The translations under genes were made by a program, and so were the position numbers. From a virus (lineage: Duplodnaviria; Caudoviricetes): a DNA stretch of 52,824 nt. Positions 17,954 to 26,619 of this stretch are shown here, piece by piece. The stretch lies in the IMG/VR virus record IMGVR_UViG_3300031576_000058, positions 1 through 52,824 of that record; one strand, given 5' to 3'. Position 1 is the stretch's first letter; each line of letters opens with the position of its first letter. The notes under the pieces were generated by a model. It saw only the letters and a program-made list of their open reading frames with translations. It did not search any database and had not been told where the DNA came from.

Positions 17954-18634
17954 TTATGGCTGCCTCCGATTCGCCGGCCAGCACTCCGGATGATCCCGGA
18001 GGCCGTCAAAGATTTCGCTGCTTGTCCAGTAGAAATAGGCGATCGCCGCGAGCTGTTTCCCCATGACACTCGCCCACCACGCCTCCTGCTCCTCGATCTT
18101 CGCACACCCAGGAAAGACCCAATCGTAGCCCCCGAAGGCTTGGAGTGTTCCCACCACGGAGGCCTGGCTACCCGAGACAGCGTCCTTCCACTCGCGGAGT
18201 CGGAACGGATAGAGGTATTCCTGCCACCACTGCTCGAGGGCGTTGCCCTTCTTGTACGGATACTCGTGGTGGGCAATCACCGCATGGTCCAGGTCAAACA
18301 CCCCAAGCTCCTTGGCCAAGTCGACGTTCCCGTAGTCCACATACCGGAGCTCTGTTGCGTGGGCCAGCCTCCATGAGCGGTAGGCATCCGGCCGGTCCTC
18401 CGGTTCCCCGAAGTAGACGTACAGCCGAGAGTCGGCGAATGTCACCACCTGTTGCACATCGAAGGCAATGTACCCGTCAAAGCCTGCCGCCTTCACCTGG
18501 GCCACGGTCTCCGGCCGACTGTCTGCCACGTAGATCAGGCGAGTGATGGGGCTGGTGATCCGTGGGATCGGGGGTGCGGCACAGGAGGACAACAGGATCA
18601 CCAAGGATAAAATCCGGGTGAGGGGCCTGCTCAT
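17954..18634 (-). CDS. Lipoprotein, possibly glycoside-hydrolase-like barrel
   Basis: Lipobox LSSC; VKAAGFD, FGEP, TLQAFG, AYFYW. Confidence 0.55.
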   Translation of the reverse strand: MSRPLTRILSLVILLSSCAAPPIPRITSPITRLIYVADSRPETVAQVKAAGFDGYIAFDVQQVVTFADSRLYVYFGEPEDRPDAYRSWRLAHATELRYVDYGNVDLAKELGVFDLDHAVIAHHEYPYKKGNALEQWWQEYLYPFRLREWKDAVSGSQASVVGTLQAFGGYDWVFPGCAKIEEQEAWWASVMGKQLAAIAYFYWTSSEIFDGLRDHPECWPANRRQP

Positions 18635-18635
18635 C

Positions 18636-19484
18636 TCAGCCCCCCTTCCGCCGCTTAGGCTTCACTCCGTGTCGCTGTGGCATCAGTATTTCTTTTTGCC
18701 GCCCTTCTTTTTCTTGATCGCTTCCACCCCCCTCTTCGGTCAATTCCCGGAAGGCTCCGCCCTGGGCAGAGATGAGCTGCACCAAGGAGGAGTGAGGGTC
18801 CGGGCTGGTCATCTGGATTCCTGCAATGACCACGGGATCCGCTAGGAGAATTTGCTGTGCAACTTCTTGCTGCATTATTTCTATCGAGGACCAGTCGCAA
18901 TCCATCCCGATTGAGCGCAATCCCAGGCTTCGCGCTACCAAGGGCGTCGTGCCTGTTCCCGCAAAAGGATCAAGCCAGATTCGGCATTCAGGGAACATCC
19001 GCATTGCCCCATAAGGGATTTCCTTCACGAAGGGCGCGGGGTGCCCTCTTGGTCTATTGCGGTCCTCAGCACCTATCCATGGTTGGGGAGCGAAGATGAT
19101 CCACACCCCGGGCTTCGGCTTCATCGTCATGACCATCATTTCACAAGATAGATAGGCACGGGTCCACCCGCGACCGAATTGTCCATTGCACGTCACCAGA
19201 TTCTCGCTGGCAGCAATAATGGGGACGGCCATTTCCCAGTCCCCGACCGAGGCGTAGATGAAATGCTTCTGGATCATCAGCGGGAGTACCCAGCACACCG
19301 GGCCTCGAGCGACCCTGACGCACTCCGCATAGCACTCCCTGAGAAACGCAATATAGTCTTCCCACCGATCCCACGAGTCATTCGGGTATCTCTTCTTGGC
19401 GTTATACGGTGGACTCGTCACTATCCCGTCCACGCTCTTGTCCTTGAGCCGCCGCGCATCGCCCTGGAGAATCAGAAGGGACAT
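18636..19484 (-). CDS. DNA methyltransferase, N6_N4_Mtase beta class
   Basis: VTSPPY, HPAPF, LDPFAGTGTT; start MSLLILQGD with RBS GGAGG. Confidence 0.9.
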   Translation of the reverse strand: MSLLILQGDARRLKDKSVDGIVTSPPYNAKKRYPNDSWDRWEDYIAFLRECYAECVRVARGPVCWVLPLMIQKHFIYASVGDWEMAVPIIAASENLVTCNGQFGRGWTRAYLSCEMMVMTMKPKPGVWIIFAPQPWIGAEDRNRPRGHPAPFVKEIPYGAMRMFPECRIWLDPFAGTGTTPLVARSLGLRSIGMDCDWSSIEIMQQEVAQQILLADPVVIAGIQMTSPDPHSSLVQLISAQGGAFRELTEEGGGSDQEKEGRQKEILMPQRHGVKPKRRKGG

Positions 19485-19581
19485 AATTCCTCCAGCCGCC
19501 GCCGATTCACGCACGGTGCCAGCCCCGCTGCCATGGGGGAACGGAGGACTGGGCGAAACCTGCACCGTGCGTGACCTCCCC

Positions 19582-19749
19582 TCAGAAGCAGTACGTCGTA
19601 CACACGCCTCCCGAACAGCACGTTTGGCAGAAGATCACCCTCCCATCTGGTGCGTACACCGTCGTCGTCGTACAGGTCGCATACACCACGCCCTGGACCG
19701 CTACGACGAGTAGAGCGGCCGCCAACATCGCGCGAGCTGCCCTCCCCAT
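19582..19749 (-). CDS. Secreted 6-Cys microprotein
   Basis: Manual translation ...VVYA|TCTTTTVYAPDGRVIFCQTCCSGGVCTTYCF. Confidence 0.65.
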   Translation of the reverse strand: MGRAARAMLAAALLVVAVQGVVYATCTTTTVYAPDGRVIFCQTCCSGGVCTTYCF

Positions 19750-20195
19750 AGGTATTGCTCCTCTTTGGCCTTGATCTCAAAGCCGCTGTCGGTCTTGTCC
19801 AATACCAGCGTGGCCCGTCGCATCAGCCACACCGCGCGGGTCTTGGTTGGCTTCGCCCACCCGTGGACTTCCGCCAGTCCGCCGGACGCTAGCCACTTCT
19901 TGAGCCGCGGGTTGTAAACCGCCTTCAGGACCCGGTCCCGGAACTCGGTCAGCACGGTGCTCTGGGTCATGCCTGCCTCCAAGAAGGGCTTTGGCCATTC
20001 CCCTGGCCGGAACCAGAAGATATCGCCGAAGCCGTACATATCCCGGGTGAAGGCAAGGACCTTGCCCCCTGCGCCCCGGCCCGGGATCCGGTAATTCCGC
20101 TCCACATCCTCGACCTCGTGCCCCTGGCGCCGATGCCACTCGAGGCTCTTGTGCTTGACCGTAGTGCGCTTTTTCTTTTTGACCTCTTCTCTCAA
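19701..20195 (-). CDS. PD-(D/E)XK nuclease/resolvase-like protein
   Basis: VE...DMYGFGDIF...QST...EVHGW; follows the helicase. Confidence 0.6.
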   Translation of the reverse strand: MREEVKKKKRTTVKHKSLEWHRRQGHEVEDVERNYRIPGRGAGGKVLAFTRDMYGFGDIFWFRPGEWPKPFLEAGMTQSTVLTEFRDRVLKAVYNPRLKKWLASGGLAEVHGWAKPTKTRAVWLMRRATLVLDKTDSGFEIKAKEEQYLWGGQLARCWRPLYSS

Positions 20196-21376
20196 AACGG
20201 AACTCCATCGCTCACGACATCAAACCGGCGACCGGGACGGTCGAACACCACGGCCATCTCGCCCGTGGCACCGTCCCTCGCCTTTGCGACGCTCATCATG
20301 AAGCGGGCTGCGGCCTTGCTCATCTCCTCGGGCTTCGCCCACAGGAAGGTCACGCTGTCTGCTTCCTGCTCAATCTCGCCTGACTCTCGGAGGTCGGCCA
20401 ACGTCGGCCGCTGTGACCGCCGCGCCTCCACCGCCCGGTTGAGTTGGCAGACAACCACCGCAACGCACTCGTGGATCCGCATCATCATGCGGAGTTCGCG
20501 CAGGATGTCCCCGACCTCTTCCGCCCGCGTCTGTTCCTTGTTCTTTCTTGCCCGCTTGAGATACCCGAGGTGGTCGATGAAGACGAGCCGGATTTGGCCC
20601 TCGTCAAGGCACCACGAGAAATCTGCGACGAGGTCGTCCCATGTCTTCGCGGGCGAGTCCAGAAGATAGGCCTGCCTGGGGCTCTCTCGCTGCTTCTTCG
20701 CCAGCCTGACCGCCCTCGACACACCGATCTCGAGCGGCACAAAGAGCGTCGGCAGCCCCCTCGTGGCGAATGACGTGGCCCACTGCATGGCGAGCGTGGT
20801 CTTGCCTCTGCCTGGCCTCCCTGCAATGACGTGGATCGTCCCGGGGATCAGTCCCCCCACCATGCGATCCCACTCATCAAATCCCGTCACCAGCGTTGGC
20901 CCATCCATCTCGGCAGGTATAGCCTCGGCAACTGACACCAGACGCCGCTGGACTTCGCCGTTGCCCTCGATGTCTCGCCACAGCGTCCTCAGCTTCGACC
21001 GCTTCTCGGCTGGCGGGGCATCCTCGCTAAGCAGGTCATTCATCTTAGCAACCGCATGGCGAGACCGATCCTCCCAGGAGAACTGCTTGAGCTTCGAGAT
21101 CCACCATGCCTGTCGAACATCCGTTTCCTCAAATGGGAGCGACTGTAGCAAAGGACGGAGCTTCGGATTCTCATCGGCAAAGGATGGCAGGCATAGATCC
21201 TCCCCCCTCAGAGCCCAAAGCCGCAAAGCCCTGAACGCCTCTCCGTGGGCTGGGTGCATGTCCTCTGGATCGAGGAGGCGCAGTGCTGTTCCATAGTTCT
21301 CCGTATGGTAGAAGCAGTTCGCTAGCACCATTGCCGAGGTCTTCTCCTTGGTGAGGATCATTCCGACACCTCCCAC
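20192..21376 (-). CDS. dnaB: Replicative helicase, DnaB-like
   Basis: GRPGRGKT, IDHL, QLNR, LRESGEIEQEAD, AKARDG. Confidence 0.92.
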   Translation of the reverse strand: MGGVGMILTKEKTSAMVLANCFYHTENYGTALRLLDPEDMHPAHGEAFRALRLWALRGEDLCLPSFADENPKLRPLLQSLPFEETDVRQAWWISKLKQFSWEDRSRHAVAKMNDLLSEDAPPAEKRSKLRTLWRDIEGNGEVQRRLVSVAEAIPAEMDGPTLVTGFDEWDRMVGGLIPGTIHVIAGRPGRGKTTLAMQWATSFATRGLPTLFVPLEIGVSRAVRLAKKQRESPRQAYLLDSPAKTWDDLVADFSWCLDEGQIRLVFIDHLGYLKRARKNKEQTRAEEVGDILRELRMMMRIHECVAVVVCQLNRAVEARRSQRPTLADLRESGEIEQEADSVTFLWAKPEEMSKAAARFMMSVAKARDGATGEMAVVFDRPGRRFDVVSDGVPF

Positions 21377-22227
21377 TGAGGCCCGTGCTGGATTTCATCC
21401 GGATCCGCCTTGGCCGCCTGAAGATAAGACTCAAACTTGACCCCGAAGAGCGTCTCTGGCCGTAGGTACTCGTGCATCTTCGGGTCGTTTGCCCAGGTGG
21501 TTACCTTGTAGTCAACGACCACTCGCACATCCTCAAGCGTGAAGCTTTCGCTGGCTCTCGCAGCGAGGTGGGCAATGGTGGTCTTCGTGTTGGGGCTGAA
21601 TCTCTTGCCGGTTCTCTCGTTGAGGTATGCGATAGCATCGGAGATGAAGCCGTTTAAGGAGGGGATGTCGGGCTTGCCCGACAATGTCTTTCTCTTTTTC
21701 TTAGGGATTAGGGATTGGGGATTAGGGATCAGGGATACTGAGTTAGGGATTAGGGATATTGGGTCTGTAACACGGTTACACGGTCGGTTGACGGTCGGCT
21801 GACTGTCAGGTGACGGTCGGCTGACTGTCTGCCAACGGTCAGGCAACCGTTGCTTAAATAACGGATATGTCTCAAAAAAATCGTTTACAATTAGAACAGA
21901 CGAGCACTGCTCAAGGTCAGTTTCGACGGCTTGGAGCATCCTGGGAGACTTCGGGGTTCGCTTGAACCGCTTGCGGACGAACACCCAGGATCCGTCCCTG
22001 ATGATCCTCCGACGATCGGCAAGGCTGGAAAGGTAGGCCCTAACCTTGGCCAGCGGAAGCTCTGTGTCCGCAGCAATCTGTTCATCCGTTGCCCTGTAGA
22101 TGCCGGAGGGTCTGGTACGTTCGTTCGCAAAGAGGTAGGCGTAAAAGCCCTTATTCTCGAAGGGGAGGCCCTCAAGTTTGTCGTCGTTCCAGAGGCCGCT
22201 GTAGAGCGGATGGTATTCGCCCATCAC
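21358..22227 (-). CDS. Replication initiator with conserved phage C-terminal domain
   Basis: N-terminal wHTH-like region; YLNERTGKRF...YLRPETLFG.KFESYL. Confidence 0.85.
   Translation of the reverse strand: MMGEYHPLYSGLWNDDKLEGLPFENKGFYAYLFANERTRPSGIYRATDEQIAADTELPLAKVRAYLSSLADRRRIIRDGSWVFVRKRFKRTPKSPRMLQAVETDLEQCSSVLIVNDFFETYPLFKQRLPDRWQTVSRPSPDSQPTVNRPCNRVTDPISLIPNSVSLIPNPQSLIPKKKRKTLSGKPDIPSLNGFISDAIAYLNERTGKRFSPNTKTTIAHLAARASESFTLEDVRVVVDYKVTTWANDPKMHEYLRPETLFGVKFESYLQAAKADPDEIQHGPQWEVSE
21666..21850. repeat. Putative origin iterons within the initiator gene
   Basis: 19-bp TGACGGTCGGCTGACTGTC at 21789 and 21811; TAGGGAT array 21701-21762; palindrome 21666-21683. Confidence 0.6.
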
Positions 22228-22296
22228 GACTCCGCTCTACAGGGTGTGCCCGGGGATTCGTTCAGAAGAGGGGGGAACGGCTTTGTTGGCGAGACT

Positions 22297-22337
22297 TGGT
22301 GGCCCCAGCGGGATTCGAACCCGCGTTTCCGCCTTGA
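22297..22337 (-). other. attP core: 3' half of tRNA-Glu
   Basis: TCAAGGCGGAAACGCGGGTTCGAATCCCGCTGGGGCCACCA (anticodon loop end, T arm, acceptor, CCA); no 5' half; about 40 nt after the int stop. Confidence 0.88.
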
Positions 22338-22378
22338 TTCGACGGCGATAGCTTGACTTTCGCTAATTGCCCCAGAAA

Positions 22379-23344
22379 CTAAACTGGCTCCTGGCCAGAG
22401 ATCTCCTCCCCGAAGGCCAGATCGACCAGGCGCCGGTCCTCCTCCAGGAGGTGGATATACACCGTCGTCGTGTCCACCCGGGCATGGCCGGCGAGCTTCT
22501 GGATCCGCCACATGTCCTCGGCCCGCGTCGCCCGCAAGGCGAGTTCCGTCAAGTAGGTGTGTCGGAACCAGTGTGGGCTCACGTGCGGCAAGCCCGCTCT
22601 TCTCGCGTAGGTCTTGATCGTCCCGTAGAGGCTTGTTTGAGACAGGCGCCGCCGAGTCCGGCTCAACAAGACCGGACCGCCGACCGGCTTCCCCCTTCGC
22701 TCCCACAGGATCATCAGATGCTTGACCGTCAGGGGCGAGAGCGGCATGTAGCGACGCCGCTTCCCCTTGCCGTGCCTGACGAACCAGGACCGCTTCACCA
22801 GATCGAGGTCTGGCCAGTCGGTCATCAGGAGCTCGCGTCTTCGGCCCCCCGCCTGCCACATCAGCAGCACCGCCACCCGGTTCTGGTAGGCCTGCAGCCG
22901 CTGGTCCTGGACTGCCTCCCTCCAATACCGGGCCGCTTGGCCCAGGCTCAGGGCCCCCTTTGGGTGCCAGACCTCCGCCCGCGGTCTCGGGACCAAGGCG
23001 ACCGGGTTCCCCTTGACTAACCCCTCCCGTTGCAACCAGCGGAAGAAGGCTGAGAGCGCGGCGAGACGCATCCGGATCGAGGCCGGCGCGAGGTTCCGCT
23101 CCCGCATCTCGGCGGTCCAGCCGCGCAGATGTTCCTTCGTGATCCGCGACTTCTCGGCTTTCTTGCCCTGGGATCTCAGGTAGGTCCAGAACCAGCGGTA
23201 GGCCCGCCTGTAGGCGTCGATCGTGGCTGGGCTCCTCCCCTCCTCCTCGAGCGACTGGAGGAACTTGTGGACCCAGTCTCGGCTGACCACGACCGCCTCC
23301 GTGATGGGGCGCCCATGATAGCCGGATGAGCGAGTGAGCGTCAA
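22379..23344 (-). CDS. int: Tyrosine integrase (XerC/D-like)
   Basis: R (GGRRREL), K (GKG), HWFRH, LAGH, TTVY; SAM-like N domain. Confidence 0.93.
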   Translation of the reverse strand: MTLTRSSGYHGRPITEAVVVSRDWVHKFLQSLEEEGRSPATIDAYRRAYRWFWTYLRSQGKKAEKSRITKEHLRGWTAEMRERNLAPASIRMRLAALSAFFRWLQREGLVKGNPVALVPRPRAEVWHPKGALSLGQAARYWREAVQDQRLQAYQNRVAVLLMWQAGGRRRELLMTDWPDLDLVKRSWFVRHGKGKRRRYMPLSPLTVKHLMILWERRGKPVGGPVLLSRTRRRLSQTSLYGTIKTYARRAGLPHVSPHWFRHTYLTELALRATRAEDMWRIQKLAGHARVDTTTVYIHLLEEDRRLVDLAFGEEISGQEPV

Positions 23345-23374
23345 GGTGGAAACCTTGCAACGCGCTACCCCCGG

Positions 23375-23668
23375 TCAGTATTGACTTTCAACGGCCTCCC
23401 GAGAGCCGAGGTATTTCGTTGCAAACTGGACGTTCTCGTAACGCGAAAGCTCTTGCTCGACCTGTTCTTGCTGGCCGATACTCTGTGTGAAAGCTCGCAT
23501 CGCCACGAGGCCGACATAGAGAGCTTCCCTCATGGCATCTTGCAGCTTCAGGCGTGGATGGGTTTCGCGGCGCCACGCTTGGTACTCCTTGGCCATCTCC
23601 TTCAACTCCGAAGGAATCCGGATGTGAGTCACCTCGGTCTTCTTGCCGTTCACAGCGTCACGCCGCAT
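23375..23668 (-). CDS. Ribbon-helix-helix-like regulator
   Basis: VTHIRIPSELKEMA. Confidence 0.5.
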   Translation of the reverse strand: MRRDAVNGKKTEVTHIRIPSELKEMAKEYQAWRRETHPRLKLQDAMREALYVGLVAMRAFTQSIGQQEQVEQELSRYENVQFATKYLGSREAVESQY

Positions 23669-23897
23669 TGGATCGCTCGTTGGATAACCCGAGCAGGTAG
23701 TCGGTGCTGGTCTCGAAGACCTTCGCCAGCATCCTCAGGTCCTCGCTGTTGGGGTCCGCTCGGCCACACTCCCAATGGCCGACCATGCCCCGGGACTTCG
23801 GCGGCTTCATCATTCTGCCGAGGCCCTCCTGGGTGAGCTTCGGCTTGGCCCCCATCCGGAGAGCCTTGATACGCAAAGCGAGTGTCCGGTTCGCCAT
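23658..23897 (-). CDS. XRE-family HTH regulator (Cro-like position)
   Basis: LTQEGLG...WECGRADP...STDYLLG. Confidence 0.88.
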   Translation of the reverse strand: MANRTLALRIKALRMGAKPKLTQEGLGRMMKPPKSRGMVGHWECGRADPNSEDLRMLAKVFETSTDYLLGLSNERSNAA

Positions 23898-23913
23898 CGA
23901 GTCGCCTCCGTCA

Positions 23914-23961
23914 TCCGCTCACTATACTAGCCCTGATTTTGCGCGTGTCAAGAACTTTTTT
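23914..23961 (-). promoter_or_regulatory. Leftward early promoter/operator
   Basis: AAAAAAGTTCTTGACACG...TAGTATAGTGAGCGGA; mirrored at 24722-24769. Confidence 0.7.
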
Positions 23962-24001
23962 TCAGTGGGCAAACAGAAAAGGTCCGGCTATGATACCGCT
24001 C

Positions 24002-24382
24002 ATGAAACGAGCCAAGGAGTTAAGTCGCACCATCCTCGACGCTTTGAAGCGCCACGGCTACAAGCAGGACATTCTGGCGCCTGTGGTGGGCCGGAGCAGA
24101 CAAATGGTCAATAAAAAGCTCAACCTGAAGAGTCCGTTCACTTACGAAGAGGTGGCCAGGATCAGCGATTTTCTCGGGATTCCAGACCTTTGCAGCCAGG
24201 GGAAGTCTTCCAGCGCAGGGCACGATCCAGCGGCACGCGCTTTGCTTACCTTTCTCTCTATGCTACCCTCAGACCAGAGAAAGGAGTTTTACCGTGCTGC
24301 CGCGACCATCCTTCAGGGGTACGTTGCTACGCGGCGCCCATCGCAGGCGCTCCAGATCCTTCGCGCCGCCAGCAAGAGGTAA
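24002..24382 (+). CDS. HTH repressor (cI-like), probably leaderless
   Basis: GYKQDILA...SRQMVNKKLN...EVARISDFL; TATGAT 7 nt before ATG, no RBS. Confidence 0.75.
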   Translation: MKRAKELSRTILDALKRHGYKQDILAPVVGRSRQMVNKKLNLKSPFTYEEVARISDFLGIPDLCSQGKSSSAGHDPAARALLTFLSMLPSDQRKEFYRAAATILQGYVATRRPSQALQILRAASKR

Positions 24383-24410
24383 GAAGATCATCGACTTCAG
24401 GACGGCGAAG

Positions 24411-24689
24411 ATGGCTAGGTTGCTCCACACGATCAGAAAAGCCGCGCTGTCTGTTGCCGTCGTGGCAGGACTGGCCGCCTGCGGGCCAACCGCCTACCAG
24501 GCGTACTACCGTGACTGCGTCCGGGCCGGCGATCCCGAGCACATCTGCCGGTACCAGGCCGAGATGATGCGCCAGCAGGCGATTCAGACCAACATCGGGA
24601 TCATCCAGACCTTCAAGCCCGCCCCGCCCCCACCCCAACGGACGATCATCTGCACAGACTTGGGGGGCGGTAGGGTGAGCTGCCAGTAA
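24411..24689 (+). CDS. Lipoprotein (possible superinfection exclusion)
   Basis: Lipobox LAAC; co-oriented after the repressor. Confidence 0.6.
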   Translation: MARLLHTIRKAALSVAVVAGLAACGPTAYQAYYRDCVRAGDPEHICRYQAEMMRQQAIQTNIGIIQTFKPAPPPPQRTIICTDLGGGRVSCQ

Positions 24690-24721
24690 CCCCCCTCCTG
24701 AGGACCCCCCCTTTTTTCCCT

Positions 24722-24769
24722 AAAAAAGTTCTTGACACGATCTCGTCTGGTGCTCATACTATGAGCGGA
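24722..24769 (+). promoter_or_regulatory. Rightward early promoter/operator
   Basis: TTGACA-17 bp-CATACT with upstream A-tract. Confidence 0.75.
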
Positions 24770-24770
24770 G

Positions 24771-24992
24771 GTGAGAACCATGGACAGCCCGTTGGACCCG
24801 AGATACTTGGACGGCCTCGCCGATGGCCGCAGGGATGCCGCCTTGGCGGACGACCCAGACATCAAGGGGTTTGTGGAATCCCCCGCCATGGACGAGGGGG
24901 AGAAGCTCTACACGCTCGGCTATCTCTCTGGGTGGAACCATGAGGTCTTCGCAAGGCTCCCGAAGGAGAGCGTCGATGGCCGAGTGGCCTGA
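24771..24992 (+). CDS. Hypothetical early protein
   Basis: RBS GGAGGT; Y..G..DG / Y..GY..G motifs. Confidence 0.6.
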   Translation: MRTMDSPLDPRYLDGLADGRRDAALADDPDIKGFVESPAMDEGEKLYTLGYLSGWNHEVFARLPKESVDGRVA

Positions 24993-25655
24993 GCAGGCCT
25001 ACCAGAAGGTCGCCGCACATTGGGCGAACTGCCCCACTTGTAAATCGGCGGGGGGAGAGGAGGCCGGACTCAAAGACCTCTGCCCTACTGGTGCGGTGCT
25101 GACGGAGCAGTGGTGGAATGCGGAGAGGACCTGGGCCGAAGCAGAGAGGGAGAAGCGATGAAGTGCTGCGGACGCGAAATGGAAGAAATCGAACCAGCGC
25201 ATGACGAAACCAAGGGTTTACACGGATCACAAGAGCCATACCTGTATTGCGCTAGCTGTGGACGTGAAGTTCCTTGGTCTATCTATAACAACCCGGACCT
25301 GGACGAATCAGAGCTCCAAGCCATGCACGACCAAGCTGCATGTTGGGAGGGAAGGTAAAGCCGTGCTCGCCTATTGCTGTCTCTACGTCGGCGCCCCTCT
25401 CTTCGGACGGGTCGATCAGGTGTCGGGGCTGTCACCTTCATCCAGACGAGTGCAACTGCTACGTGACAGGGCTGAAGATCGTGTCCATTCTTACAGGAGG
25501 GATGGTGAAGTGACCACCTGGATATATATCAAGTCAGAACCCCAACTATGGACGGTCGGCTTTTATGATCCAAACGGGAAGTTCCATCCCGACAGCGACC
25601 ACACGGAATCAGAGGATGCGGCGGAAAGGGTCCATTACCTAAACGGGGGGAACCA

Positions 25656-26039
25656 ATGACACCCGTGCTTGAGGATCCCGCGCACCCGAATACCTACTTC
25701 CTCTGCGCCGAGTGTGGGGATGAGACGCGGCCACGGACGCGAGAGGAGGAGGAACGGGGTCTTTGCTGGAACTGCGCCTTCTGGCAGACCTGGGTGGAGC
25801 GCAAGGACCATCCGGCCTACCGGGAGCACATCGTCCGGATCGGGGCCAACCACTACCTACTCGCCCCGGAGGATTCCTTCGCCAGACCCCGGGGCCTCTG
25901 CGGCACCCGCCTTGCCATCCTGTTCAAGGACGGACGCCGGGTCGAGACCAGCAACCTCTGGCATCAGGGCGTGATCCCGATGCGGTGGCGGATCCGGTTG
26001 CCAGACAATGCGACGTTCGTAGCAGCTGGAGGAGGATGA
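25656..26039 (+). CDS. Hypothetical zinc-binding phage protein
   Basis: CAEC, CWNC, TSNLWHQG. Confidence 0.65.
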   Translation: MTPVLEDPAHPNTYFLCAECGDETRPRTREEEERGLCWNCAFWQTWVERKDHPAYREHIVRIGANHYLLAPEDSFARPRGLCGTRLAILFKDGRRVETSNLWHQGVIPMRWRIRLPDNATFVAAGGG

Positions 26040-26163
26040 GCAATGAGGTTCTTCGTGATCGACAATGTCATCTGGATTCGCTTCATGGACGCGAAGCAGC
26101 GCGGGGTGCGCTATCCCAGGTGGAAGATCGTGTGGCGATGGATTTTTGGCTAAGGATGGGGCA

Positions 26164-26619
26164 ATGCTAACTATACGCCCATGGCTAACCCGGTATAAGG
26201 CGACCCTTCTTTTCCTGCACTGTGCGAACTGCGGCAGTCCTTTCGCCACGCATCATTCCGAACTTAGAAGGGGTGGCGGGATATTCTGTGGCCACAAATG
26301 CCGGGCCGAATTTCGATCTCGGGTGTGTAAAAAGCAGTTTTGGTCCAGGGTTATCAAGACAGACCATTGCTGGATCTGGACAGGTGCGCTGACTGGTCCG
26401 GGATACGGCGAATTTACCTTGAACGGCAAAACCCGATCAACCCACATCTGGGTTTGGGAGCATTTCAACGGACCAAGACCAGAGGGCATGAGATTATTTG
26501 TATGCCACCGTTGCGACAATCGTTCATGCGTGAGACCGGATCACCTGTTTCTTGGCACTCCGAGCGACAACGTGCAAGATGCTGTCCGAAAAGGAAGAAT
26601 GGGGAGGAAAAGACAATGA
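26164..26619 (+). CDS. HNH endonuclease
   Basis: [27 protein letters not shown]. Confidence 0.9.
   Translation: MLTIRPWLTRYKATLLFLHCANCGSPFATHHSELRRGGGIFCGHKCRAEFRSRVCKKQFWSRVIKTDHCWIWTGALTGPGYGEFTLNGKTRSTHIWVWEHFNGPRPEGMRLFVCHRCDNRSCVRPDHLFLGTPSDNVQDAVRKGRMGRKRQ

Noticed and set aside
21701-21762. Telomere-like TTAGGG repeats
   Set aside because: The period is mostly 7 nt, the array is internal to a coding gene and it is better explained as origin/linker repeats.
22297-22372. Complete tRNA or tmRNA gene
   Set aside because: Only the 3' half from the anticodon loop is present. Upstream bases cannot form a D arm or acceptor 5' strand. The GATTCGAC resemblance to tmRNA is short and unsupported.
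22224-23360. 378-aa ORF overlapping the integrase and attP
   Set aside because: Alternate-frame G/P/A/R-rich sequence without motifs; the integrase frame has all catalytic residues.
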